In this document: positions 22,101 to 35,310 of the stretch, piece by piece | Layout: each line of letters starts with the position of its first letter | Position numbering within the stretch: position 1 is the stretch's first letter | Source of the DNA: Eledone cirrhosa | Lineage: Eukaryota | Length of the DNA stretch: 64,000 bases | Direction of reading: 5' to 3' | Assembly: GCA_964016885.1 (NCBI GenBank) | Contig: OZ024757.1 | Location: 496,001-560,000, forward strand | Made by a program: the position numbers and the translations under genes | The notes under the pieces: generated by a model | What the model saw: the letters and a program-made list of their open reading frames with translations, nothing else | Told to the model about the DNA's origin: nothing | Databases searched by the model: none

Positions 22101-25100
22101 GTGATCTTGGGGTGAAGACAATAGCTACTAGGGTGCGATAGATGACATTATGGTGAAGACAATTGCTACTCGGGTGAGAGAGTGACATTGGTGTGAAGAC
22201 AGTAGCTACTAGGGTGAGATAGTGACATTGGGGTGGAGACAGTAGCTATTTGGGTGAGATAGTGACATTCGGGTGAAGACACTAGCTACTAGGGTGAGAT
22301 AGTGACATTGGGGTGGAGACAGTAGCTACTAGGGTGAGATAGTGACATTAGGGTGAAGACAGTAGCTACTAGGTTTAGATAGTGACATTGGTGTGAACAC
22401 AGTAGCTACTTGGGTGAGATAGTGACATTGGTGTGAAGACAGTAGCTACTAGGGTGAGATAGTGACATTAGGGTGAATACAGTAACTACTGCGGTGAGAT
22501 AGTGACATTGGGATGAAGACAGTATCTACTAGGGTGAGATAGTGACATTGGGGTGAAGACAGTATCTACGAGGTTGAGATAGTGACATTGGAGTAAAGAG
22601 AGTAGCTACTAGGGTGAGATAGTGACATTGGGGTGGAGAAAATAGCTACTAGGGTGAGAGAGTGACATTGGTGTGAAGACATTAGCTACTAGGGTGAGAT
22701 AGGGACATTGGGGTGACAACAGTAGCTACTAGGGTGAGATAGTGACATTGGGGTGACAACAGTAGCTACTAGGGTGAGATAGTGACATTGGGGTGAAGAC
22801 AATAGCTACTGGGTGAGATAGTGACATTGGGATGAAGACAGAAGCTACTAGGTTGTGATAGTGACATTAGGGTGGCGACTGTAGCTACTAGGGTGAGATA
22901 GTGACATTGGCTTGAAGACAATAGCTACTAGGGTGAGATAGTGACATTAGGGTGAATACAGTAACTACTAGGGTGAGATAGTGACATTGGGGTGAAGACA
23001 GTATCTACGAGGGTGAGATATTGACATTGGGGTAAAGAGAGTAGCTACTAGGGTGAGATAGTGACATTGGGGTGGAGAAAATAGCTACTAGGGTGAGAGA
23101 GTGACATTGGTGTGAAGACATTAGCTACTAGGGTGAGATAGGGACATTGGGGTGACAACAGTAGTTACTAGGGTGAGATAGTGACATTGGGGTGACAACA
23201 GTAGCTACTAGGGTGAGATAGTGACATTGGCTTGAAGACAATAGCTACTAGGGTGAGATAGTGACATTGGGGTGAAGACAGTAGCTACTAGTGTGAGATA
23301 GTGACATTGGGGTGAAGACAATAGCTACTAGGGTGAGATAGTGACATTGGTGTGAAGACAGTAGCTACTAGGGTATGGTAGTGACATTGGGGTGACAACA
23401 GTAGCTACTTGGGTGAGATAATGACATTGGGGTGAAGACAATAGCTACTAGGGTGAGATAGTGACATTGGGGTGAAGACAATAGCTACTAGAGTGAGATA
23501 GTGACATTGGGGTGAAGACTAGCTACTAGGGTGAGATAGTGACATTGGGGTGAAGACAGTAGCTACTAGGGTGAGATAGTGACATTGGTGTGAAGACAGT
23601 AGCTACTAAGGTGAGATAGTGACATTGGGGTGAAGACAGTAGCTACTAGGGTGAGATAGTGACATTAGGGAGAATACATTAGCTACTAGGGTGAGATAGT
23701 GACATTGGGGAGAAGACAGTAGCTACTGGGTGAGATAGTGACATTGGGGTGACAATAGTAGCTACTAGGGTGAGATAGTGACATTGGGGTGAAGACAGTA
23801 GCTACTGGGTGAGATAGTGACATTGGGATGAAGACAAAAGCTACGAGGTTGTGATAGTGACATTAGGGTGGAGACAGTAGCTACTAGGGTGAGATAGTGA
23901 CGTTAGGGTGAAGACAGTAGCTACTAGGGTGGTATAGTGACATTGGCTTGAAGACAATAGCTACTAGGGTGAGATAGTGACATTACGGTGAATACAGTAA
24001 CTACTAGAGTGAGATAATGACATTGGGGTGAAGACAGTAACTACTAGGGTGAGATAGCGACATTGGGGTAAAGAGAGTAGCTACTAGGGTGAGATTGTGA
24101 CATTGGGGTGGAGAAAATAGCTACTAGGGTGCGAGAGTGACATTGGTGTGAAGACATTAGCTACTAGGGTAAGATAGTGACATTGGGGTGAAGACAGTAG
24201 CTAATAGGGTGAGATAGTGACATTGGGGTGAAGACAGTAGCTACTAGGGTAAGATAGTGACATTGGGGTGACAACAGTAGCTACTTGGGTGAGATAATGA
24301 CATTGGGGTGAAGACAATAGCTACTAGGGTGAGATAGTGACATTGGGGTGAAGACAATAGCTACTAGGGTGAGATAGTGACATTGGTGTGAAGACAGTAG
24401 CTACTAGGGTGAGATAGTGACATTGGGGTGAAGACAGTAGCTACTACGGTGAGATAGTCACATTGGGGTGAAGACTAGCTACTAGGGTGAGATAGTGACA
24501 TTGGGGTGAAGACAGTAGCTACTAGGGTGAGATAGGGACATTGGGGTGACAACAGTAGCTACTAGGGTGAGATAATGACATTGGGGTGAAGACAATAGCT
24601 ACTAGGGTGAGATAGTGACATTGGGGTGGAGACAGTAGCTACTAGGGTGAGATAGTGACATTAGGGTGAAGACAGTAGCTATTTGGGTGAGATAGTGACA
24701 TTGGGGTGAAGACACTAGCTACTAGGGTGAGATAGTGACATTGGGGTGGAGACAGTAGCTACTAGGGTGAGATAGTGACATTAGGGTGAAGACAGTAGCT
24801 ACTAGGGTGAGATAGTGACATTGGGGTTAAGACAGTAACTACTAGGGTGAGATAGTGACATTGTGGTAAAGAGAGTAGCTACTAGGGTGAGATAGTGACA
24901 TTGGCGTGGAGTAAATAGCTACTAGGGTGAGATAGTGACATTGGTTGGAAGACAATAGCTACTAGGGTGAGATAGTGACATTGGGGTGACAACAGTAATT
25001 ACTAGGGTGTGATAGTGACATTGGGGTGAAGACAGTAACTACTAGGGTGAAATAGTGACATTGGGGTAAAGAGAGTAGCTACTATGGTGAGATAGTGACA

Positions 25101-28100
25101 TTGGGGTGGAGAAAGTAGCTACTAGGGTGAGATAGTGACATTGGTTGGAAGACAATAGCTACTAGGGTGAGATAGTGACATTGGGGTGACAACAGTAGCT
25201 ACTAGGGTGAGATAGTGACATTGGGGTGAATACAGTAGCTACTAGGGTGAGATGGTGACATTGGTGTGAAGACAGTAGCTACTAGGGTGAGATAGTGACA
25301 TTGGGGTGAAGACTAGCTACTAGGGTGAGATAGTGACATTGGTTGGAAGACAATAGCTACTAGGGTGAGATATTGACGTTGGTGTGAAGACAGTAGCTAC
25401 TAGGTTAAGATAGTTACATTGGGGTGACAACAGTAGCTACTTGGGTGAGATAATGACATTGGGGTGAAGACAATAGCTACTAGGGTGAGATAGTGACATT
25501 GGGGTGACAATAGTAGCTACTAGGGTGAGATATTGACATTGGGGTGAAGACAGTAGCTACTGGGTGAGATAGTGACATTGGGATGAAGACAGAAGCTACT
25601 AGGTTGTGATAGTGACATTAGGGTGGAGACAGTAGCTACTAGGGTGAGATAGTGACATTAGGGTGAAGACAGTAGCTACTAGGCTGGTATAGTGACATTG
25701 GCTTGAAGACAATAGCTACTAGGGTGAGATAGTGACATTAGGGTGAATACAGTAACTACTAGAGTGAGATAATGACATTGGGGTGAAGACAGTAACTACT
25801 AGGGTGAGATAGTGACATTGGGGTAAAGAGAGTAGCTACTAGGGGGAGATCGTGACATTGGGGTGGAGAAAATAGCTACTAGGGTTCGAGAGTGACATTG
25901 GTGTGAAGACATTAGCTACTAGGGTGAGATAGTGACATTGGGGTGAAGACAGTAGCTACTAGGGTGAGATAGTGACATTGGGGTGAAGACAGTAGCTACT
26001 AGGGTGAGATAGGGACATTGGGGTGAAGACAGTAGCTACTAGGGTAAGATAGTGACATTGGGGTGACAACAGTAGCTACTTGGGTGAGATAATGACATTG
26101 GGGTGAAGACAATAGCTACTAGGGTGAGATAGTGACATTGGGGTGAAGACAATAGCTACTAGGGTGAGATAGTGACATTGGTGTGAAGACAGTATCTACT
26201 AGGGTGAGATAGTGACATTGGGGTGAAGACAGTAGCTACTAGGGTGAGATAGTGACATTGGGGTGAAGACTAGCTACTAGGGTGAGATAGTGACATTGGG
26301 GTGAAGACAGTAGCTACTAGGGTGAGATAGGGACATTGGGGTGACAACAGTAGCTACTAGGGTTAGATAGAGACATTAGGGTGAATATATTAGCTACTAG
26401 GGTGAGATAATGACATTGGGGTGAAGACAATAGCTACTAGGGTGAGATAGTGACATTGGGGTGAAGACAATAGCTACTAGGGTGAGATAGTGACATTGGG
26501 GTGAAGACAGTAGCTATTTGGGTAAGATAGTGACATTGGGGTGGAGACAGTAGCTACTAGGGTGAGATAGTGACATTGGGGTGACAACAGTAACTACTAG
26601 GGTGAAATAGTGACATTGGGGTAAAGAGAGTAGCTACTATGGTGAGATAGTGACATTGGGGTGGAGAAAATAGTTACTAGGGTGAGATAGTGACATTGGT
26701 TGGAAGACAATAGCTACTAGGGTGAGATAGTAACATTGGGGTGACAACAGTAGCTACTAGGGTGAGATAGTGACATTGGGGTGAATACAGTAGCTACTAG
26801 GGTGAGATAGTGACATTGGTGTGAAGACAGTAGCTACTAGGGTGAGATAGTGACATTGGGGTGAAGACTAGCTACTAGGGTGAGATAGTGACATTGGTTG
26901 GAAGACAATAGCTACTAGGGTGAGATAGTGACGTTGGTGTGAAGACAGTAGCTACTAGGTTAAGATAGTGACATTGGGGTGACAACAGTAGCTACTTGGG
27001 TGAGATAATGACATTGGGGTGAAGACAATAGCTACTAGGGTGAGATAGTGACATTGGGGTGACAACAGTAGCTACTAGGCTGAGATATTGACATTGGGGT
27101 GAAGACAGTAGCTACTGGGTGAGATAGTGACATTGAGATGAAGACAGAAGCTACTAGGTTGTGATAGTGACATTAGGGTGGAGACAGTAACTACTAGGGT
27201 GAGATAGTGACATTGGGGTAAAGCTAGTACCTACTAGGGTGAGATAGTGACATTGGGGTGAAGACAATAGCTACTAGGGTGAGAGAGTGACATTGGTGTG
27301 AAGACATTAGCTACTAGGGTGAGATAGTGACATTGGGGTGAAGACAGTAGCTACTAGTGTGAGATAGTGACATTGGTGTGAAGACAGAAGCTACTAGTGT
27401 GAGATAGGGACATTGGGGTGACAACAGTAGCTACTAGGGTGAGATAGTGATATTGGGCTGAAGACAATAGCTACTAGGGTGAGATGGTGACATTGGTGTG
27501 AAGACAGTAGCTACTAGGGTAAGATAGTGACATTGGGGTGACAACAGTAGCTACTTCGGTGAGATAATGACATTGGGGTGAAGACAATAGCTACTAGGGT
27601 GAGATAGTGACATTAGGGTGAATACAGTAACTACTAGGGTGAGATAGTGACATTGGGCTGAAGACAGTAACTACTAGGGTGAGATAGTGACATTGGGGTA
27701 AAGAGAGTAGCTACTAGGGTGAGATAGTGACATTGGGGTGGAGAAAATAGCTACTAGGGTGAGAGAGTGACATTGGTGTGAAGACATTAGCTACTAGGGT
27801 GAGATAGTGACATTGGTGTGAAGACAGTAGCTACTAAGGTGAGATAGTGACATTGGGATGAAGACAGTAGCTACTAGGGTGAGATAGTGACATTAGGGTG
27901 AATACATTAGCTACTAGGTTGTGATAGTGACATTAGGGTGGAGACAGTAGCTACTAGGGTGAGATAGTGACATTAGGGTGAAGACAGTAGCTATTTGGGT
28001 GAGATAGTGACATTGGGGTGAAGACACTAGCTACTAGGGTGAGATAGTGACATTGGGGTGGAGACAGTAGCTACTAGGGTGAGATAGTGACATTAGGGTG

Positions 28101-28759
28101 AATACAGTAACTACTAGGGTGAGATAGTGACATTGGGGTGAAGACAGTATCTACTAGGGTGAGATAGTGACATTGGGGTAAAGAGAGTAGCTACTAGGGT
28201 GAGATAGTGACATTGGGGTGAAGACATTAGCTACTAGGGTGAGATAGGGACATTGGGGTGAAGACATTAGCTACTAGGGTGAGATAGTGACATTGGGGTG
28301 GAGACAGTAGCTACTAGGGTGGGATAGTAACATTGGGTTGAAGACAATAGCTACTAGGGTGAGATAGTGACATTAGGGTGAATACAGTAACTACTAGGGT
28401 GAGATAGTGACATTGGGGTAAAGAGAGTAGCTACTAGGGTGAGATAGTGACATTGGGGTAAAGAGAGTAGCTACTAGGGTGAGATAGTGACATTGGGGTG
28501 AAGACATTAGCTACTAGGGTGAGATAGGGACATTGGGGTGACAACAGTAGCTACTAGGGTGAGATAGTGACATTGGGGTGAAGACATTAGCTACTAGGGT
28601 GAGATAGTGACATTGGGGTGACAACAGTAGCTACTGGGGTGAGATAGTGACATTGGGGTGAAGACAGTAGCTACTAGTGTGAGATAGTTACATTGGTGTG
28701 AAGACAGTAGCTACTAGGGTGAGATAGGGACATTGGGGTGGAGACAGTAGCTACTAGGG

Positions 28760-31700
28760 TGAGATAGTGACATTGGGGTGAAGACAGTAGCTATTAGGGT
28801 AAGATAGGGACATTAGGGTGGAGACAGTAGCTACTAGGGTGAGATAGTGACATTGGGGTGAAGACAATAGCTACTAGGGTGAGATAGTGACATTGGGGTG
28901 AAGACAGTAGCTACTAGGGTGAGATAGTGACATTAGGGTGAATACATTAGCTACTAGGTTGTGATAGTGACATTAGGGTGGAGACAGTAGCTACTAGGGT
29001 GAGATAGTGACATTAGGGTGAAGACAGTAGCTATTTGGGTGAGATAGTGACATTGGGGTGAAGACAATAGCTACTAGGGTGAGATAGTGACATTGGGTTG
29101 AGACAGTATCTACTAGGGTGAGATAGTGACATTGGGGTGAAGACACTAGTTACTAGGGTGGGATAGTAACATTGGGGTGAAGACAATAGCTACTAGGGTG
29201 AGATAGTGACATTGGGGTGACAACAGTAGCTACTGGGGTGAGATAGTGACATTGGGGTGAAGACAATAGCTACTGGGTGAGATAGTGACATTGGGATGAA
29301 GACAGAAGCTACTAAGGTGGGATAGTTACATTAGGGTGAAGACAGTAGCTACTAGGGTGAGATAGTTACATTAGGGTGAAGACAGTAGCTACTAGGGTGA
29401 GATAGTGACATTGGGGTGAATACAGTAACTACTAGGGTGAGATAGTGACATTGGTGTGAAGACAGTAACTACTAGGGTGAGATAGTGACATTGGGGTGAA
29501 GACAGTAGCTACTAGGGTGAAGACAATAGCTACTAGGGTGAGATAGTGACATTAGGGTGAATACAGTAACTACTAGGGTGAGATAGTGACATTAGGGTGA
29601 ATACAGTAACTACTAGGGTGAGATAGTGACATTGGGGTGAAGACAGTAACTACTAGGGTGAGATAGTGACATTGGGGTGAAGACAGTAACTACTAGGGTG
29701 AGATAGTGACATTGGGGTGAAGACAGTAGCTACTAGGGTGAGATAGTGACATTGGGGTGAAGACATTTGCTACTAGGGTGAGATAGTGACATTGGGGTGA
29801 AGACAGTAGCTACTAGTGTGAGATAGTGACATTAGGGTGAATACAGTAACTACTAGGGTGAGATAGTGACATTAGGGTGAATACAGTAACTACTAGGGTG
29901 AGATAGTGACATTGGGGTGAAGACAGTAACTACTAGGGTGAGATAGTGACATTGGGGTAAAGAGAGTAGCTACTAGGGTGAGATAGTGACATTGGGGTGG
30001 AGAAAATAGCTACTAGGGTGAGAGAGTGACATTGGTGTGAAGACATTTGCTACTAGGGTGAGATAGTGACATTGGGGTGAAGACAGTAGCTACTAGTGTG
30101 AGATAGTGACATTGGTGTGAAGACAGTAGCTACTAGGGTGAGATAGGGACATTGGGGTGACAACAGTAGCTACTAGGGTGAGATAGTGACATTGGTGTGA
30201 AGACAGTAGCTACTAGGGTAAGATAGGGACATTAGGGTGGAGACAGTAGCTACTAGGGTGAGATAGTGACATTGGGGTGAAGACAATAGCTACTAGGGTG
30301 AGATAGTGACATTGGTGTGAAGACAGTAGCTACTAGGGTAAGATAGTGACATTGGGGTGACAACAGTAGCTACTTGGGTGAGATAATGACATTGGGGTGA
30401 AGACAATAGCTACTAGGGTGAGATAGTGACATTGGGGTGAAGACAATAGCTACTAGAGTGAGATAGTGACATTGGTGTGAAGACAGTAGCTACTAGGGTG
30501 AAATAGTGACATTGGGGTGAAGACAGTAACTACTAGGGTGAGATAGTGACATTGGCGTGAAGACTAGCTACTAGGGTGAGATAGTGACATTGGGGTGAAG
30601 ACAGTAGCTACTAGGGTGAGATAGTGACATTGGTGTGAACACAGTAGCTACTAAGGTGAGATAGTGACATTGGGGTGAGGACAGTAGCTACTAGGGTGAG
30701 ATAGTGACATTAGGGTGAATACATTAGCTACTAGGGTGAGAGAGTGACATTGGTGTGAAGACATTAGCTACTTGGGTGAGATAGTGACATTGGGGTGAAG
30801 CCAATAGCTACTAGGGTGAGATGGTGACATTGGGGTGGAGACAGTAGCTACTAGGGTGGGATAGTGACATTGGGTTGAAGACAATAGCTACTAGGGTGAG
30901 ATAGTGACATTGGGGTGAAGACAGTAACTACTAGGGTGAGATAGTGACATTGGGGTAAAGAGAGTAGCTACTAGGGTGAGATAGTGACATTGGGGTGGAG
31001 AAAATAGCTGCTAGGGTGAGAGAGTGACATTGGTGTGAAGACATTAGCTACTAGGGTGAGATAGGGACATTGGGGTGACAACAGTAGCTACTAGGGTAAG
31101 ATAGTGACATTGGGGTGACAACAGTAGCTACTAGGGTGAGATAGTGACATTGGCTTGAAGACAATAGCTACTAGGGTGAGATAGTGACATTAGGGTGAAT
31201 ACAGTAACTACTAGGGTGAGATAATGACATTGGGCGAAGACAGTAACTACTAGGGTGAGATAGTGACATTGGGGTAAAGAGAGTAGCTACTAGGGTGAGA
31301 TAGTGACATTGGGGTGGAGAAAATAGCTACTAGGGTGAGAGAGTGACATTGGGGTGACAACAGTAGCTACTAGGGTGAGATAGGGACATTGGGGTGACAA
31401 CAGTAGCTACTTGGGTGAGATAATGACATTGGGGTGAAGACAATAGCTACTAGGGTGAAATAGTGACATTGGGGTGAAGACAATAGCTACTAGGGTGAGA
31501 TAGTGACATTGGTGTGAAGACAGTAGCTACTAGGGTGAGATAGTGACATTGGGGTGAAGACAGTAGCTACTAGGGTAAGATAGTGACATTGGGGTGACAA
31601 CAGTAGCTACTTGGGTGAGATAATGACATTGGGGTGAAGACAATAGCTACTAGGGTGAAATAGTGACATTGGGGTGAAGACAATAGCTACTAGGGTGAGA

Positions 31701-34700
31701 TAGTGACATTGGTGTGAAGACAGTAGCTACTAGGGTGAGATAGTGACATTGGGGTGAAGACAGTAGCTACTAGGGTGAGATAGTGACATTGGGGTGAAGA
31801 CAGTAGCTACTAGGGTGAGATAGAGACATTGGGGTGAAGACAATAGCTACTAAGGTGAGATAGTGACATTGGGGTGAAGACAGTAGCTACTAGGGTGAGA
31901 TAGTGACATTGGGGTGAAGACAATAGCTACTGGGTGAGATAGTGACTTTGGGTGAAGACAGAAGCTACTAGGGAGTGATAGTTATATTAGGGTGAAGACA
32001 GTAGCTACTAGGGTGAGATAGTGACATTAGAGTGAAGGCAGTAGTTACTAGGGTGAGATAGTGACATTGGGGTGGAGACAATAGTTACTAGGGTGAGATA
32101 GTGACATTGGGGTGAAGACAGTAGCTATTAGGGTAAGATAGGGACATTAGGGTGGAGACAGTAGCTACTAGGGTGAGATAGTGACATTGGGGTGAAGACA
32201 ATAGCTACTAGGGTGAGATAGTGACATTGGGGTGAAGACAGTAGCTACTAGGGTGAGATAGTGACATTAGGGTGAATACATTAGCTACTAGGTTGTGATA
32301 GTGACATTAGGGTGGAGACAGTAGCTACTAGGGTGAGATAGTGACATTAGGGTGAAGACAGTAGCTATTTGGGTGAGATAGTGACATTGGGGTGAAGACA
32401 ATAGCTACTAGGGTGAGATAGTGACATTGGGTTGAGACAGTATCTACTAGGGTGAGATAGTGACATTGGGGTGAAGACACTAGTTACTAGGGTGGGATAG
32501 TAACATTGGGGTGAAGACAATAGCTACTAGGGTGAGATAGTGACATTGGGGTGACAACAGTAGCTACTGGGGTGAGATAGTGACATTGGGGTGAAGACAA
32601 TAGCTACTGGGTGAGATAGTGACATTGGGATGAAGACAGAAGCTACTAAGGTGGGATAGTTACATTAGGGTGAAGACAGTAGCTACTAGGGTGAGATAGT
32701 TACATTAGGGTGAAGACAGTAGCTACTAGGGTGAGATAGTGACATTGGGGTGAATACAGTAACTACTAGGGTGAGATAGTGACATTGGTGTGAAGACAGT
32801 AACTACTAGGGTGAGATAGTGACATTGGGGTGAAGACAGTAGCTACTAGGGTGAAGACAATAGCTACTAGGGTGAGATAGTGACATTAGGCTGAATACAG
32901 TAACTACTAGGGTGAGATAGTGACATTAGGGTGAATACAGTAACTACTAGGGTGAGATAGTGACATTGGGGTGAAGACAGTAACTACTAGGGTGAGATAG
33001 TGACATTGGGGTGAAGACAGTAACTACTAGGGTGAGATAGTGACATTGGGGTGAAGACAGTAGCTACTAGGGTGAGATAGTGACATTGGGGTGAAGACAT
33101 TTGCTACTAGGGTGAGATAGTGACATTGGGGTGAAGACAGTAGCTACTAGTGTGAGATAGTGACATTAGGGTGAATACAGTAACTACTAGGGTGAGATAG
33201 TGACATTAGGGTGAATACAGTAACTACTAGGGTGAGATAGTGACATTGGGGTGAAGACAGTAACTACTAGGGTGAGATAGTGACATTGGGGTAAAGAGAG
33301 TAGCTACTAGGGTGAGATAGTGACATTGGGGTGGAGACAGTAGCTACTAGTGTGAGATAGTGACATTGGTGTGAAGACAGTAGCTACTAGGGTGAGATAG
33401 TGACATTGGTGTGAAGACAGTAGCTACTAGGGTAACATAGGGACATTAGGGTGGAGACAGTAGCTACTAGGGTGAGATAGTGACATTGGGGTGAAGACAA
33501 TAGCTACTAGGGTGAGATAGTGACATTGGTGTGAAGACAGTAGCTACTAGGGTAAGATAGTGACATTGGGGTGACAACAGTAGCTACTTGGGTGAGATAA
33601 TGACATTGGGGTGAAGACAATAGCTACTAGGGTGAGATAGTGACATTGGGGTGAAGACAATAGCTACTAGAGTGAGATAGTGACATTGGTGTGAAGACAG
33701 TAGCTACTAGGGTGAAATAGTGACATTGGGGTGAAGACAGTAACTACTAGGGTGAGATAGTGACATTGGCGTGAAGACTAGCTACTAGGGTGAGATAGTG
33801 ACATTGGGGTGAAGACAGTAGCTACTAGGGTGAGATAGTGACATTGGTGTGAACACAGTAGCTACTAAGGTGAGATAGTGACATTGGGGTGAGGACAGTA
33901 GCTACTAGGGTGAGATAGTGACATTAGGGTGAATACATTAGCTACTAGGGTGAGAGAGTGACATTGGTGTGAAGACATTAGCTACTTGGGTGAGATAGTG
34001 ACATTGGGGTGAAGCCAATAGCTACTAGGGTGAGATGGTGACATTGGGGTGGAGACAGTAGCTACTAGGGTGGGATAGTGACATTGGGTTGAAGACAATA
34101 GCTACTAGGGTGAGATAGTGACATTGGGGTGAAGACAGTAACTACTAGGGTGAGATAGTGACATTGGGGTAAAGAGAGTAGCTACTAGGGTGAGATAGTG
34201 ACATTGGGGTGGAGAAAATAGCTGCTAGGGTGAGAGAGTGACATTGGTGTGAAGACATTAGCTACTAGGGTGAGATAGGGACATTGGGGTGACAACAGTA
34301 GCTACTAGGGTAAGATAGTGACATTGGGGTGACAACAGTAGCTACTAGGGTGAGATAGTGACATTGGCTTGAAGACAATAGCTACTAGGGTGAGATAGTG
34401 ACATTAGGGTGAATACAGTAAATACTAGGGTGAGATAATGACATTGGGCGAAGACAGAAACTACTAGGGTGAGATAGTGACATTGGGGTAAAGAGAGTAG
34501 CTACTAGGGTGAGATAGTGACATTGGGGTGGAGAAAATAGCTACTAGGGTGAGAGAGTGACATTGGGGTGACAACAGTAGCTACTAGGGTGAGATAGGGA
34601 CATTGGGGTGACAACAGTAGCTACTTGGGTGAGATAATGACATTGGGGTGAAGACAATAGCTACTAGGGTGAAATAGTGACATTGGGGTGAAGACAATAG

Positions 34701-35310
34701 CTACTAGGGTGAGATAGTGACATTGGTGTGAGGACAGTAGCTACTAGGGTGAGATAGTGACATTGGGGTGAAGATAGTAGCTACTAGGGTAAGATAGTGA
34801 CATTGGGGTGACAACAGTAGCTACTTGGGTGAGATAATGACATTGGGGTGAAGACAATAGCTACTAGGGTGAAATAGTGACATTGGGGTGAAGACAATAG
34901 CTACTAGGGTGAGATAGTGACATTGGTGTGAATACAGTAGCTACTAGGGTGAGATAGTGACATTGGGGTGAAGACAGTAGCTACTAGGGTGAGATAGTGA
35001 CATTGGGGTGAAGACAGTAGCTACTAGGGTGAGATAGTGACATTGGGGTGAAGACAGTAGCTACTAAGGTGAGATAGTGACATTGGGGTGAAGACAGTAG
35101 CTACTAGGGTGAGATAGTGACATTGGGGTGAAGACAATAGCTACTGGGTGAGATAGTGACTTTGGGTGAAGACAGAAGCTACTAGGGAGTGATAGTTATA
35201 TTAGGGTGAAGACAGTAGCTACTAGGGTGAGATAGTGACATTAGAGTGAAGGCAGTAGTTACTAGGGTGAGATAGTGACATTGGGGTGGAGACAATAGTT
35301 ACTAGGGTGA
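28760..35310 (+). repeat. Tandem duplication of a ~3.3-kb satellite block
   Basis: Markers ctattagggt 28791/32125, cattgggttgagac 29091/32425 and actagggtgaagac 29511/32845 are 3334 bp apart. The later marker agtgactttggg at 31941/35155 is 3214 bp apart, i.e. three monomers fewer in the second copy. Confidence 0.9.
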